Shown: in pieces, positions 50,281 through 63,200 of the stretch | Layout: each line of letters starts with the position of its first letter | Numbering within the stretch: the first letter of the stretch is position 1 | Source: Epiperipatus broadwayi | Taxonomy: Eukaryota; Animalia; Onychophora | Direction: 5' to 3' | Assembly (NCBI GenBank): GCA_028023455.1 | Contig: JAQFVV010000003.1 | Coordinates: 9,362,001 to 9,426,000, forward strand | DNA: 64,000 nucleotides | Notes under the pieces: generated by a model | Seen by the model: the letters and a program-made list of their open reading frames with translations, nothing else | Told to the model about the DNA's origin: nothing | Database searches by the model: none | Position numbers and translations under genes: made by a program

Positions 50281-51377
50281 GTTGATAATCTTATATATTC
50301 TTTATAAAATTTATGTTACAAAGTCTTTATTTTTTTCAGCATTATTCTGCCATCTTTAATTAGTTGAAATATTTTTACTTTCTCTTATCTAGATTGGTAA
50401 TTTGTGTCTTTTGTTCTCTCCAATTCTAACTTTTATTTCTAATTACATAAAAAAAACGAAAGAATAATTTAACTTTCATAGTATGTTATTTTTTTAAAAA
50501 AAAAATTAGTCAAAAAAAATCTAAATTTACTTTTATTTTTTTTTAGCTTTTACTAAATGCCAATATATTTGCAACATATATAAATAAACGTTACATTAGT
50601 AATGAATGCAGCGCCATATTATGATCCCCTTTTTTAAATGCCAGAGCATAGAGATCTCATGAATAATGCAAATTTATTTCTGTTCTTGTAATTTATAATG
50701 TATGTGCACCCTTGATTATATAACTAAGTGATATTGCATGATAAATCATCAGCACTCAAATTAGATCATGGGCATAATAGTTGGTGTATTAGCCTGAAGT
50801 GATTGTAATAAAGTTTTCATTGTTACTCTATATGAAAAGAAATGATATGGGTAAATGATTCAAATTGCAGTTAAACTGTATACATTGTTTTCAACTAATA
50901 GTTTATGTTTCATATTAAGAGCTTCAAAATGATAGGCTAGGTATAACAGTTTTTTTACTAATTGGCTAAGTTGATTTTTTCCCCTTTCACTGAAAATTAA
51001 TCTCTGAAGTTATACTTCTTGAGTCCACCATTCTTTCTAACTTTATAAGCACTGAATATGCCAATATATTAGATGGCAGTATTATGTCCAGTAATTGACT
51101 TTTTTGTTGTTTAACCCATGCAGTATTCAGAAATATTCTTTTTTTTTTCAAAAAAAAATCTGTTTACTTTCGAAAGTTTCATGACTGTTGGGTTTTGAAC
51201 TTTCAATATTTCTTTATATTTTACACAGAAAGTTTATAAAATAAAGATCTTTGGCAGTAAAAGATAAGATCGTACAGGATATTGATGTCTAAAATAACAC
51301 CAGGCAACGTTCCAGTAAACTTTCTAATGTCAATAATTTATTATAATAGCGTATATATACATATGTGTGTGCATATA

Positions 51378-51620
51378 TTCATAGTGTTATTTCTGGGAGA
51401 TTCCATGCAATAAAAATGTAATAGATAAATAGCTCATGCTTCAGTACAATAACAAGTACTTTTCTTAGAGCTGTTTCTTTCTCAAACCTGAGAATAAGCT
51501 CTGAGGAAAGTACTTGTTATTGGACTAAAATGTCAGCTATTTAGTTATTATATTTTTATTACATAGAAGCTCCCTGAAATAACACTATGAATTTATTTAT
51601 CTGTGAGAATATTAGAATTA
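51378..51620. mobile_element. Head-to-head palindrome of the pLTR end of the 11.7-14.9 kb PLE family
   Basis: 51378-51483 is the reverse complement of ~51490-51591; the right arm matches 14785-14888 and the reverse complement of 11748-11880; AGCT-CTGAGGA-A-AGTAC/GGACT-AAAA-TGTC-AGCT at 51497-51538. Confidence 0.85.
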
Positions 51621-51634
51621 ACTATATATATATA

Positions 51635-51716
51635 TTGAATTAAATATTTCCATGGACTGTTATTATAATGAAGAAATCTTTATTACAATAACAATCCATG
51701 GGAATATTTAATTCAA
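51635..51716. repeat. 40-bp-arm hairpin with 2-nt loop
   Basis: ttgaattaaatatttccatggactgttattataatgaaga / tctttattacaataacaatccatgggaatatttaattcaa. Confidence 0.85.
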
Positions 51717-52005
51717 CATGTACAATTCTCTGTAAAAGTTTAAAATTATATTTGCAGAATGTCAAAAAAGATGGTATTCTTTCACATTCTCACACCTATA
51801 AAAAATAGCTTGTTGATTTTAAATCCACATAAGAATTTGAGTTTGAAGTAAAAGGATCTTTTTACTTCACCAAAAACATCAAGCAAAAGAGCTATTATAG
51901 ATTAATGAGAAAACTTGTTTAGTCTCAAGAATTGTGTTAGTAGTGGATAATTTCTTGGCAATATCAAAGGTTAAAGTTTATCTCTCTGTTTACATGGTAA
52001 ATATA

Positions 52006-54203
52006 CATATAATGCTTCCTTAGTTCTTAATTAACCCTATGTAGTAGTAATACTTCAGTGATTTGGGTTTGAACCCTAAACAATAATATATATATAATAA
52101 ATATAAGATATTTAAGATTCCTCAAGTATATATCGATAATGGTAAATGTAGAAATATCTCACTATATATATATATGAAAAGCTTATAAATCCTGTTTAAC
52201 TCAACCAAAATTAATTCATCAACAGGAATGATATAATAGTTTTCATTATCACAATCACTCTCAGGTATTTTGTTTGCTTTAGATTTTTATTTTCAGAAAT
52301 GCCAGGTGGCAAACCTTCTCAAAAAGTGAATGTTTACTTGGAATTATTTAAGATAATAACTGTCATCATTTACAAATTTTTACCGTGACCCTCCGACATC
52401 ACTCAATGGTTTGTATGTTCTCTGAGCTGTGGCTATTTTTACCAACTAGAATATGTGTGTGTTAAGGTTATAACATTTTATCATATATAAAAAAAAATGA
52501 ACAAATGGATTAATAAATAACAAAATAATAATTTATTAACACAACAAATATTATGTAAATTTCATGATAAATTTTCATCTTACTTACAATTATTAAAATG
52601 ATTATAATAATAAAGAGTTCGCATATTTTATTCTCTCTCTGTCCAGTAATTTCAAAATTAATCATAGAATATTCATCTAACAAATTCAGATATTCATTTT
52701 CATCTTATTTAGCAACTTCATGTATAAATGTATATATTTCAACAAACAGTTAATCTATTTCAGCCCATACTTTTAATAACTCCACACATGTGTATATATG
52801 AAATGAAACACAACTCATTCTTTAAATTACTTTCAATTTAAATTTATAATCTTAATTCACAGATAAAATATAGAATATTCTTATACAATATAGAATTTAT
52901 TTTAATCTTCATCAATTTAATATTTTACCATATCTTTAGCATCCTCCCTCCTAGGTTTTAGATGTGTTCTCTTCTTCACAATTACCTTAGACCTGTTTAT
53001 ATCCAAACATGAAATGTATCTTTCTCCTTTTTAAACCTTAGACTCATAGATTAGCTTCATATTAGTGTAGTACTTATCAAACACATGTAAATTTTTGGCA
53101 ATTAATCTGCATAATCTGATCCTTTCATTTTCTGGTAGATTATACAAATTGGTATTAGAACTCCTCATAGGCTTTATTTATGGGACTGAACATTATGTTT
53201 AGGGTTTTCAACAGATGTGCTACTTGTTTTATGCCTAACCTCTCACATTAAAAGATTTTCTAATATAATAAAACATGTTTATAAGTTATATTTTTATATT
53301 GGACTATTTCCATCATCTAATATATGTATTGAATGTCTTTAGAAATTTAACTTTATTTAAATATTCCAAATACATTCAACTGTTAGTAATAGCACATCAA
53401 ACAGGTTAGTGTATGCACAACATTTTGAGAGGTATTAGTCTTCCCTCTTCTTCAGGTGTTGCTGGCCTGACCAATGACAGTACTAGCATGGGATTTGAAC
53501 TTGGGTCCTTAGATTCTTGACTTTTGAATTTTAAGGGTAATGCTCTAACCAACTGAGCAATCCTGCCAAAGACATTCAATACATATATTAGATGATGGAA
53601 ATAGTCCAATATAAAAATACAACTAGAACACCATCATCACAAACCTTCAGGAAAACAATGTTTATAAGTTCTTTTATAAGCTTGTAATTCCATTTAGCAG
53701 CAAGGCAAATTATTGTATGCATGGGGCACTTCCTCTGCTTTACCATATATTTAGTGGTATAGAATTCCATTAATCCTCACTGGAATGAAGTTGAGTGATG
53801 ATTACCTAATTGTTTTTTTCTGTCTCTCCATTATCTAATGCATATATCATAATGTAAATTATCTTCTTTGTTCTCTATGGTATCTTCCATAATAACAACT
53901 AATCTTAGACCCCAGAAAAAAATATTCTCTAGTATTCTTTATCAAAAGAAATAGCAGTTTGCTTTCTTTTGTTTACTTCTTTCCCACATTTCTTATTTTA
54001 TTCATAATTAAAAAAATTGTTGTTAATTCATAATTCTTTTTCTTTTATTTGAAATCATAATACTCTTTTCTTTCAGAATTACTAAGATTTTATTTTCACA
54101 ATGATTTATAAAATATCAAAATATTTTATTTATTAGCTGTGTATTTTCTTCATTTCTATTGTATATATATGTACATAAGTTCACACACACATGCGTTATT
54201 CTA
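52006..54203 (+). repeat. Local duplication, copy 1 (contains the 53288-53651 insertion)
   Basis: Colinear with 56214-57985 from catataatgcttc to ttattct; roughly 80% identity by eye. Confidence 0.9.
53288..53651 (-). mobile_element. tRNA-headed, hammerhead-bearing SINE-like PLE derivative with inverted tail and ~18-bp TSD
   Basis: tRNA head from 53567 (A box 53549-53560, B box 53491-53501), hammerhead 53416-53458, 52-bp perfect inverted repeat 53289-53340/53568-53619; TSD aaaaca(a)tgtttataagtt at 53270-53287 and 53652-53670; empty site at 57417-57434. Confidence 0.9.
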
Positions 54204-54378
54204 GAAATTCTCTTAGTAGCATTTACTCTGCTTCTACTAGAGTTATATATCCTCTCCTTTTAACAAGAGACAATGATATAGGGGAACTTTCCATTTCTTA
54301 TTTATATATTAAGAGTCTCTTAGTTTAATTTAAGTCCATTTCTTTTCGTAATATAACTCTAGATAAAATTTGAATATC

Positions 54379-54610
54379 AATGTCATTCTTGCTTTGTCAC
54401 AAACTAGAAATATCTTCCTTTAATTATTGTTCATTTTCAAGTGTTTCTCTTGCTTTATTTCAAGCTGATGATTTCTGTTTTTAATTATTATCAAATTTAA
54501 ATGTCATTCTTTCTTTTCAGCAAGCTGATGATTTCTCATTTTAATAATATAATATTTTTAAATGTCTCTCTTGCTTTCTTGCAAGCTGTATCTTAGTATT
54601 TTTAATGTTA
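54379..54610 (-). repeat. ~60-bp degenerate tandem repeat, 4 copies, possibly former coding repeats
   Basis: - strand units translate IQLARKQERHLK / NHQLAEKKE*HLN / NHQLEIKQEKHLK. Confidence 0.55.
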
Positions 54611-55492
54611 TTTTCTGTATTAGTCATTTTTTGGTTTTGACATATTTTTTACTTTTACAAAACTATTGTATAATTTCCATTGTTCATAATCATAAGTCTT
54701 TTCAAACAGATCCAGGATTGATAAAGAATGGGCCAGCCTTATTTATCTCCCTACAAATATTTACTTATTGGTGGAGATATCTCTGGGATAAATCTAAAAA
54801 CTACAATATTTTTTTCATCCTAGATTAAATCTTTTACTCTCCTCTTAGCCTTCCTTCTATTTTTCTTTGGTGCCCATACTACAAAATTTGACTGTCATTA
54901 GTACTTCATTGGTTTAAACTCAAGCTATTTTTAGAGCATTTTACCCTTTTTGATCTTTTATTATTTATCCCTTTTTGTTTATAAGTTTAAAATGTGAAAC
55001 AGTTTTATTTTTAACTTTATCCATATGTTCTTCCTTATCAATACTTAGGTAGCCAACATCATCTTTTTATTTAAAGATAAAAATCCCAAACAATTCCCTA
55101 AATAGTAAATTCTGGCAGTCATTTTGTGGATGTTTAGTTTCATTATTATCAAAATTATCTATATCATTTAGTGATAAGTTATGACATAAAACTTTTCCTA
55201 AATCCTGAATATTTATGAGTTTTTCTACTGGTAGCCTTGGATTTGAAGTATCTACATTCTCCTCATCTTCAGTTTCAATTTTTTCAGTCTCCTGGCTATA
55301 TTTAAGACTGTTTCTTGCAATTGACCTTCATACTATGTAACGGATTCATGAACCATGTTTTGCACATGCAAATAAAAAATTCTCTCTATGGATTCCATCT
55401 TCTTCTGCACTTGTTTATTTATTTGCTTTTTTATCTTTTTCTTCATTGTGATTATATTATCTTGTACATCATGAAATTTTCCTTTCATTTCT

Positions 55493-55843
55493 TTATGTAT
55501 TATTTATTCTTTCTTCAAAATTTTGTTTCATACCCTTAAATTCTGAATGCCTTCCTTCAATCTTCTTATCTCTACTATTCATTTTTTCTTCAAAATTTTG
55601 TTTCATATCCTTAAATTCTTCATGCATTTCTTGAAATTCTTTCATAAATGCCCACATCATTTCCATTGTGACTTTGGCTGATTTTTCTTCTTTCCGTGTT
55701 TGTATTATCACATTTTCTTCTTGAATTACCAACTCTGCCTTCATTGGTTGTACTTCTTTTAACTTTGATGAATCCATATTTATTTGTGCCTCAATATTTT
55801 TTTCTTTAACTGAGTTATCATGAGAATTTATATGTGCATACAC
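55493..55843 (-). pseudogene. Coiled-coil ORF, probably a decayed retrotransposon gag/ORF1
   Basis: E/K/M-rich heptads (MMWAFMKEFQEMHEEFKDMKQNFEEKM); PBS-like ca-tggtgt-actgggat just upstream on - strand near 55900; no firm homology recognised. Confidence 0.35.
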
Positions 55844-56213
55844 AACTTTCTTTTATTTCTTTACTATATCATAAATTAATGGCACATCAGTCTCAATCCC
55901 AGTACACCATGTCTTCTAGCATAATTAATGCAATATGCTTTAATGTGTAAAGGCAAAATTACTAAATTCTAAATCTTAATATTGGCTAAGTACTTTCAGT
56001 GCCTGTTTACTCCATATCTAGCATAATGTTTTTTTTACCTCTGTCTTTATATTATCTTTATATTGCCTTCTATATTAACTTTCCATTTTAAAAAGCAAAA
56101 CAAAACATTTTTTTTCTTTTTATTTATTTTATACACAGTCATATGCTAGTCTTTTTATAAGAAGGGGGATAATCAGGCTTTAAACACACTGATAATGCCA
56201 ATTATGTAGTATG

Positions 56214-57985
56214 CATATAATGCTTCTTTAGTCCTTAATTAACCTTATATAGTGGTAATACTTCAGTGATTCATATTTAAACCCTAACCACCTCAAGCAT
56301 GTATTGATAATGATAAAAGCTTATAAATCCCGTTTAACTCAACCAAAATTAATTCATCAACAGGAATAATGATGATGGTTTTTATTATCAAAATCACTCT
56401 CAGATATTTTGTTTGTTTTAGGTTTCTATTTGCAGAAATTCCAGATGCCAAACTTCTTCATAAAGAGAATGTTTATTTGGAATTAACCATCATCATTTAC
56501 CATTTTTTTACAATGACCCCCAACACATCACTCAGTGGTTTGCATATTTTCAGAGCTGTGAAAATTTTTATTAAATAACATTTAATCATATATAAAACAA
56601 AATGAACAAATGGATAAATAAATAACAAAATAATTTATTAACACAACAAAGTGTAAGTAGATTGACTGCAGTTATATTATGTACATTTCAAGGTAAATTT
56701 CCAACTTACATACAATTATTAAGATGATTATAATAACAAAGAATTCATATATTTTATTCTCTCTCCATTCAGTAATTTCAAAATTAATCATAAAATACTC
56801 AATCAGTTTTTAACCAACAAATTCAGATTCTCATTTTCATCTTATTTAGCAACTTCATATATAAATATAAAATCATTAATATATATATTGTTTTTAACAA
56901 ACATTTCATTTATTTCAGTTCTTTTAACAACTCCACACACATGTATACATATATGAAGTGAAATACAACTCATCTTTTAAATTATCTTCCATTTAAATTT
57001 ATAATCATAATACACATAAAATATGGAATATTCTTATACAATATTGAATTTATTTTAATTTTCATAAATTTAATAACTTGACATATCTTTAGCACCCCCA
57101 CCTTCTTGGTTTCAGATGTGATCTCTTCTCCTTAATTAGGTTGGTCCTGTTTATATCAAGACATGAAATGTATTTTTCCCTTTTGAAATATTAGACCCAT
57201 AGATTAGCTTCATATTAGTGTAGTGTGTATCAAATAGGCATAAATTTTCAGTAATTTAGCTTCATAGTCTGGCCCTTTTCTTTTCTGACCTTACATAAGT
57301 TGGTTATAGAACTTCTCATAGGCTTCATTTACAGGGCTGGGTAGTATGGAGTTTTCAAGGATTGTGCTACTTGTTTTTCGCCTAGCCTTTCAAGTTAAAA
57401 GATTTCCTAATATAATAAAACATTTTTATAGGTTCTCTTATAAGCTTGTAATCCCAATTAACAGCAAGGCAAATTCTTCAATGCAAAGCCACTTCCTTTG
57501 TTTTACTGGATATTTTGGGGTATAGAATTGTGTTAATCCTCACTGGTATGAAGCTGACTGTTAACTACCTAACTATTTTTTTTCTCTCTCTCCATTATCT
57601 AACACACATACCATAATGTAAATTACCTTCTTTGTGCTTTATGGCATCTACTATAATAATGATAAATCTCAAACCCCAGAGAAAAATATTCTCTAGTGTT
57701 CTTTACCAAAAGAAAGAAATAGCGTTTTGTTTTCTTTTATTTGCACATTACAAAAAGAAATTTCTTTCCTAACATTTTTTATTTTAATCATAATAAAAAA
57801 ATTGTTGTTAATCCATATTTTTTATATATATATTTAAAATCACCATACTCTTTTCTATCGAAATCACTAAGATTTGATTTTCATAACAATTAGGAATATG
57901 TTAATCTAAAAATAACATTTTATTTATTGACTGTGTATTTTCTTCATCTATGTGTGCACAAGTGTACACATACATATTATTCTTG
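56214..57985 (+). repeat. Local duplication, copy 2 (empty-site copy)
   Basis: Colinear with 52006-54203 but lacks the 364-bp insertion. Confidence 0.9.
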
Positions 57986-58199
57986 ACATTTTTTTGTAGA
58001 ATTTACACTGCCACTACTAGGGTTATAATGTATATTACAGTTTTGAAAAAGACTGTCAAACAATCAAAACTGAACTATTTTTGGAAGTGTGGAATAATAA
58101 ATATTTTACATTATATAAAGTATCTAGAAGAATGAATTGTTATTGTTTAAACCAATAAACTATCATATGACATGTGATTTCAACTTTAGCTGCATACTC

Positions 58200-58479
58200 T
58201 TTTTTTCATCACCTCTATGCCACCTAATGTAAGCTTTAGTAACTAACAGATGCCAGATGATATAATGCTTAATAAATTCTTATCCAGTGTTGTTCTATCC
58301 AATATCATCTTACTAGATTTTATCTTATGGCTTCTTACTGATGAAAGCCATAAGCTGACAATTAGCTGGGGATATTGGATAGAACAGCACTGGTTAGAGA
58401 TTTATTAAACATTACCATTTGACATTTATTATTTGCTAAAGTTTACATTAGATTGCACAGAGATGATGAAAGAAAAAAA
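58200..58479. mobile_element. Diverged head-to-head palindrome with a hammerhead at its centre, related to the 37k and 44k units
   Basis: 58200-58334 is approximately the reverse complement of 58344-58479; CTGATGA-A-AGC-cataa-GCT at 58338 followed by TGGGGATATTGGAT as in the 44k unit. Confidence 0.75.
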
Positions 58480-59186
58480 TGATATTGTTTATAAAAGTTT
58501 TAATGTCTGAATGACTGGTGCAGTTATCTAAATATGACTTTAAAGTGATGTTCTCTATTGTTGTCAGATGATTAGTAACTTTAAGGTGATAACTTCAAAA
58601 TAGGTAGTTTTTTACAATGGAATCATAAAACCCAAAGAATTAATGTAAACTTCAGGCTGGTTATCATTTTTTAAAACAATTTAAGGTTATTTAATTGACA
58701 TAAATTTTACTGCTGATCACTGAATGTTCTGTCACGTATTTTTTTTTTTTTTTTCTGATGAAAAAGTTGTGCAAAACATTTTTTCACCAGTCTTTTCTAA
58801 GTTAATTACATTTTCTTGATAATATATTATAGAATTTTAGGGATAGTTTTCACACAAAGATAAGTGACTGTGAGCTTATTTATAAAGATCTTTTTATCCT
58901 GGATTGCAAGAGAATTCTACAAAACCATCAGATGAATTATGAAATAAATGTATTTTGAGTATTGCATCTGGTGTTATTTGGACTTACATTCAATTTTTAG
59001 AGTATTATAACTTGATATTAATGTTTTTCTATTTTATGTTAAATAAGAAACATCTTTCATAAAAGTGAAAAAAGTAATGTTTTTTAATTATTTTATAGGC
59101 AGAGGTTTATTGTTTAGATCTTTTATCACTGTCAATTTTTTTGATAGTTATTATATATATATATATATATATATGCCTAATCATTC

Positions 59187-60236
59187 TTCTAAAGGTTTGT
59201 GAAGATGGTATTTTATATGTGATAATATGTTGAAGTATTTCCATTATCTAGCATTAATTGCTGAATGTCTAAAAAATTTTAAACTTTATTTAAACTTTTC
59301 CAAATACAAACAACTGTTAATAATATCACACAAAGACAGCCGAGTTTTCTAGATTACATGCCATTTGGAGTGGTATTATTCTTCACACCTCTTCAGGTAT
59401 TGCTGGTCTGAGCAGTGACAATCTAACATAGGAGCTGAATTTACACTTTTAGATTCTTGAATCTTGAATTTTAAGGCAATGCTGAAATGAACTGAGCTAT
59501 TCCGTCAAAGGCAACATTTAATAGTAATTTCGTATATCTAAGATTCCTCTACTTCTTTTAATACTCTTTCTAAGAGCAAGATTAATTAAAGGCTTTCAGA
59601 CATTATGTATTTCCAAAACCATATCACACTTTAAGGAATTCTAACATCTACAAAGCCTAAACTTGAATTTCTGAAAAACAAAATCTGCATTTATGAGAAA
59701 CCATGTGAATGTTGAAAGAAGTATATTAGTGAGACCAGTTTCTCTGTTAAAAAGTGATTGCAAAAATGCAAATTAATGATTAGAAAAGAAAAAAGCAGAT
59801 ATGTCTACAGTAGCAGACAATGTGTATTAATGAATGTATGTTTGATTGGGAAAATACAAAAGTATTCTATAGAGTGGAAAAGATGCAAAGAAGAAAATTC
59901 AAAGAAGCTGCTCATATTACAATGGAAAATAATCCTACAAGTCAACTCACTGTGTCAATACATAATGTCTGGAAGCCTTTTATTAATCTTGCTCTTAGGA
60001 AAAAGTATTAAAAGGAAAAGTGGAGGAATAGGAGGATTTGAACAGACCCTCATAGATAAGTATATGAAATTTGCCTTTGATAGAATAGCTCATTTGGCTA
60101 GAGCATCACCTTACAATTCAATATTCAAAAACCTAAAAGTGTAAATTTAACACCTATGTTAGAAGTGTCACTGGTCAGACCAGCAACATCTGAAGAAGTG
60201 AGGAGAATAATACTATTCAAAACATTGTATAATCTA
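59187..60236 (+). mobile_element. 5'-truncated PLE (GIY-YIG, tRNA head, hammerhead) with an inverted 3' copy
   Basis: ICIYEKPCEC*KKYISET and FDWENTKVFYRVEKMQRRKFKEAAHI..VWKPFI (ORF 59820-60011); 59187-59611 is the reverse complement of the element's 3' part; tRNA heads at 60079(+) and 59506(-). Confidence 0.88.
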
Positions 60237-63200
60237 TTAACCCACACATTACCACATATTCACTCTTACTTGATTAGACTTTTATATGAATGAAGTGTTA
60301 TTATATATTTTAGTGATTTACTTATAAAATTGATAGATTAAAATTAAGGCAGTCAGTATATTTCAGTATGAAGAAATCAGTTCTCCAGACAATGGAGTTG
60401 TGTGGATTTTTCTTAGATAAAGTCACATAAGTTTTGATCATATATGGTTATATGCTCCTAAACCACTTCAGCTGTTTGTTCAATATTTTTTCCATCAAAA
60501 ATCTCTTTAATGAAAAACCATCTTTTGATGTAACTCTATATTTCAGTGTATTATCTTTTTTCAATTTGCTATTACGAAATCATTTTGTCAGCATTGGCAC
60601 TTTTTTTTTTCCTATCTCATTTAGTTCCAATATTTTTTTTTAGCATAGGCTTTTAAAAAAAAAAACTCTTCCTATTTTGCATCTCTCGTCTTTTGTTTTT
60701 TACATTTTTTATATAACATATTCTTTTATCTTTTACTTTCTATATATAAAAATAATTATTTTTTTCTTCTTTTCACATAAATCTCAACTACAAATTTGAA
60801 TTTTTAACCTTATCCCCTTTCCTTGTGATCCAAAGCTCCTGTCATTGTTCCAAATAATAATAATTGTTTTCTAAGGTTATCATTTGTTCATTATTATATA
60901 TATATTTAAATTTATATAATTATTTTTATTTCCTGCCACTCTGTTTTGAATTGTTTATACTGCCATCTATTGGTTTATTCAGTTACTCTATAGTTAACTA
61001 GAATGGTGTAGAGGTCAATCAACACTTTGCAAATTTAATTAAGCTTTAGAATTATGCTGAGGTACTTTAAAATACCAGTAGTATGACCCAGTAGAAAGTC
61101 TATTTTTGTATTCCCTTAAAATCATACTGCATTTCAAGTGTTTTTAGAGTCACAAATGACACTATGTAAGTGAGAAATTTTTAATTATAAAAATTAAATG
61201 ATACTTAAACTACTAATATATAATTCAATAATCTAATTACTTCCATAAAAATAACTATATATTTAATTTTTTGTTTCTAATTTTGTTCTCATTTCTAAAA
61301 TCATTAATTAATACATTAAAGGAAAGTTTCATTGATAATGACCATATTATGTAAAGCATACTAAGTTTGATCATAAATTTCCTCTTTATCAATACTGAAA
61401 ATGAACTCACACAACATATTATATATAATTTTTCTGGAAATCAAATAGTATTCAAACACCAAAATTGTAGGCTAAGTGCATCAAAATAATTATTAATTGA
61501 TTACATTGAGATTTCCCCCCTCCCCCTTACCTTGGAAATTGATTCATGGGCTTTCTGTTTCAAATCCTTAATTTTCATCACTTTGCAGCATAGCACAATG
61601 ATAGAATAACATACTCAAGATTAAAAGTTTTTATATCAATTCTCTGTAAAGTAAAAAATCAAATGGGTTAAGAAATCAATTATATGTAAGAAACTTATTT
61701 GACTAAAAATGTTTTAGCACTCATTAGTACCAAGAGTATTCAGAAATACATCTTGCTTTTGCAAGATAGATTTAAAAAAAAAAAAATTTAGAAGTTAATG
61801 AAAAATTTTCATTGCACAGTATTGGTTCATTTTAGGAGACTTAATTGTTAATAAACAAGAAAGAGAAATGGTTGTGCTCAATCTGCCTCTTGGGTGCTGA
61901 ATAATATTTGAGCTAAGTAACTAACCACCACCACCACATGTCTAAACATTGACAAGTTAAAATTGCAGCACTCTAAGCAATGTCTTACTTGGCCCAAAAC
62001 ATTCTGGATTCTTTATTTTATTATTATATTGTCTTTTTGCCATAAACATCAAAATATCTGTAGAATAAAGAGGTGTTAAATGTATCTGTTTTAGAATTTT
62101 TTAATAATACATGTTTTTGTTGTTTTTTTTTTTTCAAAAAAATAAAAAAGAAACTGTATGGTTGTGATTTTTCATCCTTATATAAAAACTGCACAATCAT
62201 AATTTTTTTAGTCTGTCATTATTTAACATTTCTTCATTCGCACACATATTTATTTTTTTCATTTCCAGTATAATTTTATATACTATGATTTTTTTAAAAT
62301 AGGACATATATTTTTATATATATATACCTGTATATAAAGATCTAAGCTCAAAATTGAATAAATATAATTGGTCATCATAGATTTATTACTATTCTTGCTG
62401 ATCACCAATACCATTAAGATCCTATTTTACTAGTTTTCTCAATTTGAGCTTGAATCATATTATAGGTTCATAAATCTCATTTCCTATTGGCCCTCATTCC
62501 CTGAGTCATGAAATCAATATAAAAATACTCTAGTAACTGAGAATCTTTTACAAGCATTTTGGAGTATTATGATTTAGAGCATGAGGGGTTTAAGGATGTT
62601 GTGAGATAATTGTTGGCTTATTTTGTCCTTCTTTTATTCCTCTTTCCCTAATCCAGCCGGATAATGAAACCTGGCTAGTAAGTCTACACACCCATTTGTT
62701 CTTCCTAGCATGAATTTGCATGTTGCACTTATTATATAGCACAAGATATCTACACTCCTGGCATTTAATCATTTTCACTGCCAGTTAATATAATTACACA
62801 TCTTTTGCTTCTTTAATACAGCTTTCTTGCTTTTTTTGGACAGTTTTCTTCTTCTTACACATATTTTACTTTATGCAACATATTTTACATCTTTTTTTCA
62901 GACATAGTATGTAATATATCATTAAAAACAAAATAATACATCAACACAGTATATGGTAGTTAATATTATATGCATTTGAATTGTAATATTATTATGACTT
63001 AAAATATTTATGTACATTCTGTTGGCTCATTGTAAAAATAAGTTACATTATATATTATATATGATTTTAATTTTAAATAAATACATGTAAATTTTTACTG
63101 CTTTTTATTAATGCAATATTCATGTTTCAATCACACTTGCTTTCAGGGTATTATTATTTTGGATTTTTAACTGAAAATTATTTTGATATTATTGTATATA

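Noticed and set aside
52006-57985. Duplicated segments as paired LTRs
   Set aside because: No TG...CA termini or TSD found, and the PBS-like motif is ~300 bp away from the repeat edge
1451-58479. Short palindromes as DNA-transposon MITEs
   Set aside because: Arms are asymmetric, carry hammerhead/PLE sequence, and have long variable TSDs with microhomology; a MITE origin remains possible only for 48184, 51635 and 35555
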